In this document: positions 1 to 4,223 of the stretch, one piece after another
Position numbering within the stretch: position 1 is the first letter of the stretch
How the letters are laid out: each line of letters starts with the position of its first letter
Source: a virus
Taxonomy: Duplodnaviria; Heunggongvirae; Uroviricota; Caudoviricetes
Virus record (IMG/VR): IMGVR_UViG_2565956712_000005
Direction: 5' to 3' (one strand)
Length of the DNA: 4,223 nucleotides
Program-made: the position numbers and the translations under genes
Notes under the pieces: generated by a model
Databases searched by the model: none
What the model saw: only the letters and a program-made list of their open reading frames with translations
Told to the model about the DNA's origin: nothing

Positions 1-2636
1 ACCCGCGCTACGGCATGGGGAAACGTCTTGGTGCGGCGGATGTGGACAAATGGGCGCTGTATGTCATCGGCCAGTACTGCGACCAGTCAGTGCCGGACGG
101 CTTTGGCGGCACGGAGCCGCGCATCACCTGTAATGCGTACCTGACCACACAGCGCAAGGCGTGGGATGTGCTCAGTGATTTCTGCTCGGCGATGCGCTGT
201 ATGCCGGTATGGAACGGGCAGACGCTGACGTTCGTGCAGGACCGGCCGTCGGATAAGGTGTGGACCTATAACCGCAGTAATGTGGTGATGCCGGATGATG
301 GCGCGCCGTTCCGCTACAGTTTCAGCGCCCTGAAGGACCGCCATAATGCCGTTGAGGTGAACTGGATTGACCCGAATAACGGCTGGGAAACGGCAACAGA
401 GCTTGTGGAGGACACGCAGGCCATTGCCCGTTACGGTCGTAACGTCACGAAAATGGATGCCTTTGGCTGTACCAGCCGGGGGCAGGCGCACCGCGCCGGG
501 CTGTGGCTGATTAAAACGGAACTGCTGGAAACGCAGACCGTGGACTTCAGCGTGGGCGCAGAAGGGCTTCGCCATGTGCCGGGCGATGTCATTGAAATCT
601 GTGATGATGACTATGCCGGTATCAGCATCGGCGGGCGCGTGCTGGCGGTAAACAGCCAGACCCGGACGCTGACGCTCGACCGTGAAATCACGCTGCCATC
701 CTCCGGTACCACGCTGATAAGCCAGGTTGACGGAAGTGGCAATCCGGTCAGCGTGGAGGTTCAGTCCGTCACCGACGGCGTGAAGGTGAAAGTGAGCCGT
801 GTTCCTGACGGCGTTGCTGAATACAGCGTATGGGGGCTGAAGCTGCCGACGTTGCGCCAGCGCCTGTTCCGCTGCGTGAGTATCCGTGAGAACGACGACG
901 GCACGTATGCCATCACCGCCGTGCAGCATGTACCGGAAAAAGAGGCCATCGTGGATAACGGGGCGCACTTTGACGGCGACCAGAGCGGCACGGTGAATGG
1001 TGTCACGCCGCCAGCGGTGCAGCACCTGACTGCCGAAGTCACCGCAGACAGCGGGGAATATCAGGTGCTGGCGCGCTGGGACACGCCGAAGGTGGTGAAG
1101 GGCGTGAGCTTTATGCTTCGCCTGACCGTGGCAGCGGATGACGGCAGTGAGCGGCTGGTCAGCACGGCCCGGACGACGGAAACCACATACCGCTTCACGC
1201 AACTGGCGTTGGGAAACTACAGGCTGACAGTCCGGGCGGCAAATGCCTGGGGGCAGCAGGGCGATCCGGCGTCGGTATCGTTCCGGATTGCCGCACCGGC
1301 AGCACCGTCGCGGATTGAGCTGACACCGGGGTATTTTCAGATAACCGCCACGCCGCATCTTGCCGTTTATGACCCGACGGTACAGTTTGAATTCTGGTTC
1401 TCGGAAAAGCGGATTGCGGATATCAGACAGGTTGAAACCACAGCGCGCTATCTTGGCACGGCGCTGTACTGGATAGCTGCCAGTATCAATATCAGGCCGG
1501 GCCATGATTATTATTTTTACATCCGCAGTGTGAACACCGTTGGCAAATCGGCATTTGTGGAGGCTGTTGGCCAGCCGAGTGATGATGCATCCGGCTATCT
1601 GGATTTTTTCAAAGGAGAGATAGGGAAAACCCATCTGGCTCAGGAGTTGTGGACGCAGATTGATAACGGTCAGCTTGCGCCTGACCTGGCTGAAATCAGG
1701 ATGTCCATTACGGATGTCAGCAATGAAATCACGCAGACCGTCAATAAGAAACTGGAAGACCAGAGTGCAGCGATCCAGCAGATACAGAAGGTTCAGGTTG
1801 ATACAAATAATAACCTGAACAGCATGTGGGCTGTGAAGCTGCAGCAGATGCAGGACGGACGCCTTTATATCGCGGGTATTGGTGCCGGTATTGAGAATAC
1901 CCCTGACGGTATGCAGAGTCAGGTGCTGCTGGCGGCGGACAGGATTGCGATGATTAATCCTGCGAATGGCAACACAAAGCCGATGTTTGTTGGTCAGGGC
2001 GATCAGATATTCATGAACGAAGTGTTCCTGAAATACCTGACGGCTCCCACCATTACCAGCGGCGGTAATCCTCCGGCATTTTCCCTGACACCGGACGGGC
2101 GGCTGACGGCGAAAAATGCAGATATCAGCGGTAACGTGAATGCGAACTCCGGGACGCTCAACAATGTCACGATTAATCAGAACTGCCGGATTCTGGGAAA
2201 ACTGTCAGCCAACCAGATTGAAGGCGATATTGTTAAAACGGTGGGCAAAGCTTTCCCCCGGGACTCCCGTGCACCGGAGCGGTGGCCATCAGGGACCATT
2301 ACCGTCAGGGTTTATGACGATCAGCCGTTTGACCGGCAGATTGTTATTCCGGCGGTGGCATTCAGCGGCGCTAAACATGAGAGAGAGCATACTGATATTT
2401 ACTCCTCATGCCGTCTGATAGTGCGGAAAAACGGTGCTGAAATTTATAACCGTACCGCGCTGGATAATACGCTGATTTACAGTGGCGTTATTGATATGCC
2501 TGCCGGTCACGGTCACATGACGCTGGAGTTTTCGGTGTCAGCATGGCTGGTAAATGACTGGTATCCCACAGCAAGTATCAGCGATTTGCTGGTTGTGGTG
2601 ATGAAGAAAGCCACCGCAGGCATCAGTATCAGCTGA
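1..2636 (+). CDS. J: Host-specificity / central tail fibre protein J, C-terminal 873+ codons; 5'-truncated by window edge (reading frame is open from nt 3, the ATG at 15 is internal)
   Basis: Single long ORF in frame 3 with no stop between the window start and TGA at 2634-2636. The translation ([12 protein letters not shown]...[59 protein letters not shown]...) matches my recollection of phage lambda gpJ, which is 1132 aa, so about 260 N-terminal residues lie upstream. Two fibronectin-III-like blocks (about nt 1005-1295 and 1305-1570) as in gpJ. Gene order J-lom-stf is the lambda arrangement. Confidence 0.9.
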   Translation, partial: PRYGMGKRLGAADVDKWALYVIGQYCDQSVPDGFGGTEPRITCNAYLTTQRKAWDVLSDFCSAMRCMPVWNGQTLTFVQDRPSDKVWTYNRSNVVMPDDGAPFRYSFSALKDRHNAVEVNWIDPNNGWETATELVEDTQAIARYGRNVTKMDAFGCTSRGQAHRAGLWLIKTELLETQTVDFSVGAEGLRHVPGDVIEICDDDYAGISIGGRVLAVNSQTRTLTLDREITLPSSGTTLISQVDGSGNPVSVEVQSVTDGVKVKVSRVPDGVAEYSVWGLKLPTLRQRLFRCVSIRENDDGTYAITAVQHVPEKEAIVDNGAHFDGDQSGTVNGVTPPAVQHLTAEVTADSGEYQVLARWDTPKVVKGVSFMLRLTVAADDGSERLVSTARTTETTYRFTQLALGNYRLTVRAANAWGQQGDPASVSFRIAAPAAPSRIELTPGYFQITATPHLAVYDPTVQFEFWFSEKRIADIRQVETTARYLGTALYWIAASINIRPGHDYYFYIRSVNTVGKSAFVEAVGQPSDDASGYLDFFKGEIGKTHLAQELWTQIDNGQLAPDLAEIRMSITDVSNEITQTVNKKLEDQSAAIQQIQKVQVDTNNNLNSMWAVKLQQMQDGRLYIAGIGAGIENTPDGMQSQVLLAADRIAMINPANGNTKPMFVGQGDQIFMNEVFLKYLTAPTITSGGNPPAFSLTPDGRLTAKNADISGNVNANSGTLNNVTINQNCRILGKLSANQIEGDIVKTVGKAFPRDSRAPERWPSGTITVRVYDDQPFDRQIVIPAVAFSGAKHEREHTDIYSSCRLIVRKNGAEIYNRTALDNTLIYSGVIDMPAGHGHMTLEFSVSAWLVNDWYPTASISDLLVVVMKKATAGISIS

Positions 2637-2654
2637 ATTTTATAACCCCAATAC

Positions 2655-2682
2655 GGGCGTCAGAAATGACGCCTTTTTTATT
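2655..2682 (+). terminator. Rho-independent terminator downstream of J (7-bp perfect stem GGCGTCA / TGACGCC, GAAA loop, then TTTTTTATT)
   Basis: Read directly: ggcgtca (2656-2662), gaaa (2663-2666), tgacgcc (2667-2673), followed by the T-run 2674-2682. It lies 20 nt after the J stop codon. Confidence 0.7.
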
Positions 2683-2692
2683 GCAGAAAAGC

Positions 2693-2698
2693 GAGAGG
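2693..2698 (+). promoter_or_regulatory. Shine-Dalgarno sequence (GAGAGG) for lom, 5 nt upstream of the ATG
   Basis: Purine-rich gagagg at 2693-2698 with a 5-nt spacer to ATG at 2704. Confidence 0.6.
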
Positions 2699-2703
2699 TA
2701 ATT

Positions 2704-2775
2704 ATGCGTAAATTATGTGCTGTTATTCTGTCCGCAGTAGTCTGGCTGGTTGCCGCTGGTACGCCAGCGAGCGCA
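2704..2775 (+). other. Sec signal peptide of Lom (24 codons; predicted cleavage after ASA)
   Basis: Basic N-region (MRK), hydrophobic core (LCAVILSAVVWLVAA), and A-S-A at positions -3 to -1 before AEHQ. Confidence 0.7.
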
Positions 2776-3303
2776 GCAGAGCATCAGTCCACACTAAGCG
2801 CCGGGTATCTTCAGACCCATACTGATATGCCAGGCAGTGATGACCTGAAGGGCATTAACGTGAAATACCGTTATGAATTTACGGACACGCTGGGGCTGGT
2901 GACGTCATTCAGTTATGCCAATGCCAAAGATGAGCAAAAAACGCATTACAGCGATACCCGCTGGCATGAAGATTCCGTGCGTAACCGCTGGTTCAGCATG
3001 ATGGCGGGGCCATCTGTACGCGTGAATGAATGGTTCAGTGCTTATGCGATGGCGGGTATGGCTTACAGCCGTGTGTCGACCTTCTCCGGGGATTATCTCC
3101 GCGTAACTGACAACAAGGGGAAAACGCACGATGTGCTGACCGGAAGTGATGACGGTCGCCACAGCAACACGTCTCTGGCGTGGGGGGCTGGCGTGCAGTT
3201 TAACCCGACCGAATCCGTGGCCATTGACCTTGCTTATGAAGGTTCCGGCAGTGGTGACTGGCGCACTGACGGTTTCATCGTGGGTGTCGGTTATAAATTC
3301 TGA
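2704..3303 (+). CDS. lom: Lom-family outer membrane protein (Ail/Lom/OmpX/PagC 8-stranded beta-barrel family), 199 aa, complete
   Basis: Complete ORF with SD. N-terminal signal peptide MRKLCAVILSAVVWLVAAGTPASA followed by AEHQ (A-x-A signal peptidase I site). The C-terminal block AYEGSGSGDWRTDGFIVGVGYKF with terminal Phe matches my recollection of the lambda Lom C-terminus and the usual outer-membrane beta-barrel signature. KGINVKYRYE and SAYAMAGMAYSR motifs resemble Lom/Ail strands. Position between J and stf is as in lambda. Confidence 0.9.
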   Translation: MRKLCAVILSAVVWLVAAGTPASAAEHQSTLSAGYLQTHTDMPGSDDLKGINVKYRYEFTDTLGLVTSFSYANAKDEQKTHYSDTRWHEDSVRNRWFSMMAGPSVRVNEWFSAYAMAGMAYSRVSTFSGDYLRVTDNKGKTHDVLTGSDDGRHSNTSLAWGAGVQFNPTESVAIDLAYEGSGSGDWRTDGFIVGVGYKF

Positions 3304-3330
3304 TTAGCCAGGTAACACAGTGTTATGACA

Positions 3331-3358
3331 GCCCGCCGGTTCAGGCGGGCTTTTTTGT
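3331..3358 (+). terminator. Rho-independent terminator downstream of lom (7-bp GC-rich stem GCCCGCC / GGCGGGC, 6-nt loop, then TTTTTT)
   Basis: Read directly: gcccgcc (3331-3337), loop ggttca (3338-3343), ggcgggc (3344-3350), T-run 3351-3356. It lies 27 nt after the lom stop codon. Confidence 0.75.
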
Positions 3359-3362
3359 GGAG
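3359..3362 (+). promoter_or_regulatory. Shine-Dalgarno sequence (GGAG) for stf, 5 nt upstream of the ATG
   Basis: ggag at 3359-3362, with ATG at 3368; it sits immediately after the terminator T-tract. Confidence 0.55.
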
Positions 3363-3367
3363 TGGAT

Positions 3368-4223
3368 ATGGCAGCAGTAAAAATCTCAGGTGTGCTGAAA
3401 GATGGTGCGGGAAAACCAATACAGAACTGCACTATTCAACTGAAGGCAAAGCGTAACAGCACCACGGTACTGGTGAACACGGTGGCCTCTGAAAATCCGG
3501 ATGAAGCCGGGCGTTACAGCATGGATGTTGAGTATGGCCAGTACAGCGTTATCCTGCTTGTTGAAGGTTTTCCGCCTTCACATGCCGGAACCATTACCGT
3601 CTATGAAGGTTCCAGACCAGGTACGCTGAATGATTTTCTCGGTGCCATGACGGAAGATGATGTCATGCCGGAGGCATTGCGTCGTTTTGAGGAAATGGTG
3701 GAAGAAGCGGCACGCAACGCCGAAGCCGCCTCTCAGAGCGCAGCGGCGGCAAAGAAATCCGAAACTGCAGCGGCATCATCGAAGAACGCGGCGAAAACCT
3801 CAGAAACGAATGCAGCTAATAGTGCACAGGCGGCAGCGACCTCACAGACTGCATCAGAAAACTCCGCGACAGCAGCCAAAAAATCAGAAACCAACGCGAA
3901 AAATAGCGAGACAGCCGCAAAGACGAGCGAAACCAACGCAAAGTCCAGCCAGACGGCAGCGAAAACCAGCGAAACGAATGCCAAAGCCAGTGAAACTGCG
4001 GCGAAAAGCAGTCAGGATGCAGCAGCCGAAAGCGAGAGTGCTGCAGCTGGTTCTGCAAGCGCGGCTGCTGCTTCTGCCACTGCATCAGCTAACAGTCAAA
4101 AAGCAGCAAAAACCAGTGAAACCAACGCAAAGGTGAGCGAAACAGCGGCTGCGAACTCAGCGAAAGCATCGGCAGCAAGCCAGACGGCAGCTAAAGCAAG
4201 CGAAGATGCAGCCAGAGAGTACG
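3368..4223 (+). CDS. stf: Side tail fibre protein Stf, N-terminal 285 codons; 3'-truncated by window edge
   Basis: Frame-2 ORF from ATG 3368 is open to the window end. The N-terminus MAAVKISGVLKDGAGKPIQNCTIQLKAKRNSTTVLVNTVASENPDEAGRYSMDVEYGQYSVILLVEGFPPSHAGTITVYE... matches my recollection of the conserved prophage tail-fibre N-terminal domain of lambda Stf. This is followed by an Ala/Ser/Thr-rich repetitive shaft typical of Stf and T4 gp37-like fibres. Absent from the ORF track only because no stop codon falls in the window. Confidence 0.85.
   Translation, partial: MAAVKISGVLKDGAGKPIQNCTIQLKAKRNSTTVLVNTVASENPDEAGRYSMDVEYGQYSVILLVEGFPPSHAGTITVYEGSRPGTLNDFLGAMTEDDVMPEALRRFEEMVEEAARNAEAASQSAAAAKKSETAAASSKNAAKTSETNAANSAQAAATSQTASENSATAAKKSETNAKNSETAAKTSETNAKSSQTAAKTSETNAKASETAAKSSQDAAAESESAAAGSASAAAASATASANSQKAAKTSETNAKVSETAAANSAKASAASQTAAKASEDAAREY
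3757..4223 (+). repeat. Degenerate in-frame tandem repeats inside stf encoding an A/S/T/K/E-rich low-complexity shaft (recurring K-T/S-S-E-T-N-A-K and S-E/Q-T-A-A-K units)
   Basis: Recurring nucleotide units such as aaaaccagcgaaaccaacgcaaag, tcagaaaccaacgcgaaaaat and agcgaaacgaatgccaaagcc. Translated, these give AKTSETNAANS, KKSETNAKNSETAAKTSETNAKSSQTAAKTSETNAKASETAAKSSQ and AKTSETNAKVSETAAANSAKASAASQTAAKASEDAA. Confidence 0.7.

Noticed and set aside
761-1042. 93-aa minus-strand ORF inside J
   Set aside because: Antisense artefact within J; Cys/Ser/Thr-rich nonsense composition.
87-1634. 515-aa ORF on the minus strand, antisense to J
   Set aside because: It lies entirely within the confidently assigned J coding region on the opposite strand. 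Its Arg/Pro/Gly/His-rich, low-complexity translation is typical of antisense frames of GC-rich genes. It has no SD context or recognisable family.
2140-2418. 92-aa + strand ORF in an alternate frame inside J
   Set aside because: Out-of-frame overlap with the J reading frame; Arg-rich composition with no start context.
2637-2703. Possible sigma-70 promoter for lom in the J-lom intergenic region (for example the TTGCAG hexamer at 2681-2686)
   Set aside because: No acceptable -10 hexamer at 16-18 nt spacing, since the position falls on the lom start codon, and only about 21 nt separate the terminator from the ATG. A lom promoter may exist upstream within the 3' end of J, but I cannot support one from the sequence.
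2905-3162. 85-aa minus-strand ORF inside lom
   Set aside because: Antisense to the well-supported lom CDS; no independent support.
3657-4136. 159-aa + strand ORF (frame 3) and minus-strand ORFs 3733-3984 and 3816-4085 overlapping stf
   Set aside because: Frame-shifted and antisense readings of the Ala/Ser/Lys-rich stf repeat region, giving extreme Arg/Lys/Gln-rich or Ala/Phe-rich pseudo-proteins. The real gene is the frame-2 stf ORF starting at 3368.
3757-4223. CRISPR-like or other non-coding repeat array in the repetitive region
   Set aside because: The repeats are in-frame, degenerate, lack spacer-repeat regularity and encode the Stf shaft. They are protein-coding low-complexity repeats, not a CRISPR array.
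1-4223. Novel defence, toxin-antitoxin or otherwise undescribed system
   Set aside because: Every substantial ORF is accounted for by J, lom and stf in the conserved lambda order, and the intergenic regions total under 140 nt and are occupied by terminators and SD sequences. The only candidate novelty is allelic (mosaic J C-terminus and lom loops), not a new system.

Overview
This window is a canonical lambda-like (lambdoid) phage or prophage tail-tip module from an enterobacterial genome, with all genes on the + strand. It holds the 3' 2.6 kb of the host-specificity gene J (5' end outside the window), a complete lom-family outer-membrane protein gene bracketed by two intrinsic terminators, and the first 856 nt of the side tail fibre gene stf (3' end outside the window). 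The + strand stf ORF is missing from the supplied ORF track because it has no stop codon inside the window; every other listed ORF except J and lom is an out-of-frame or antisense artefact. I see no CRISPR array, tRNA, IS element or recognisable defence or toxin system, and no evidence for an undescribed system. The points worth follow-up are a sharp compositional and mosaic break inside J ahead of its receptor-binding C-terminus, the mosaic lom cassette, and the repeat-rich Stf shaft. Family assignments rest on my recollection of phage lambda proteins, not on a database search.
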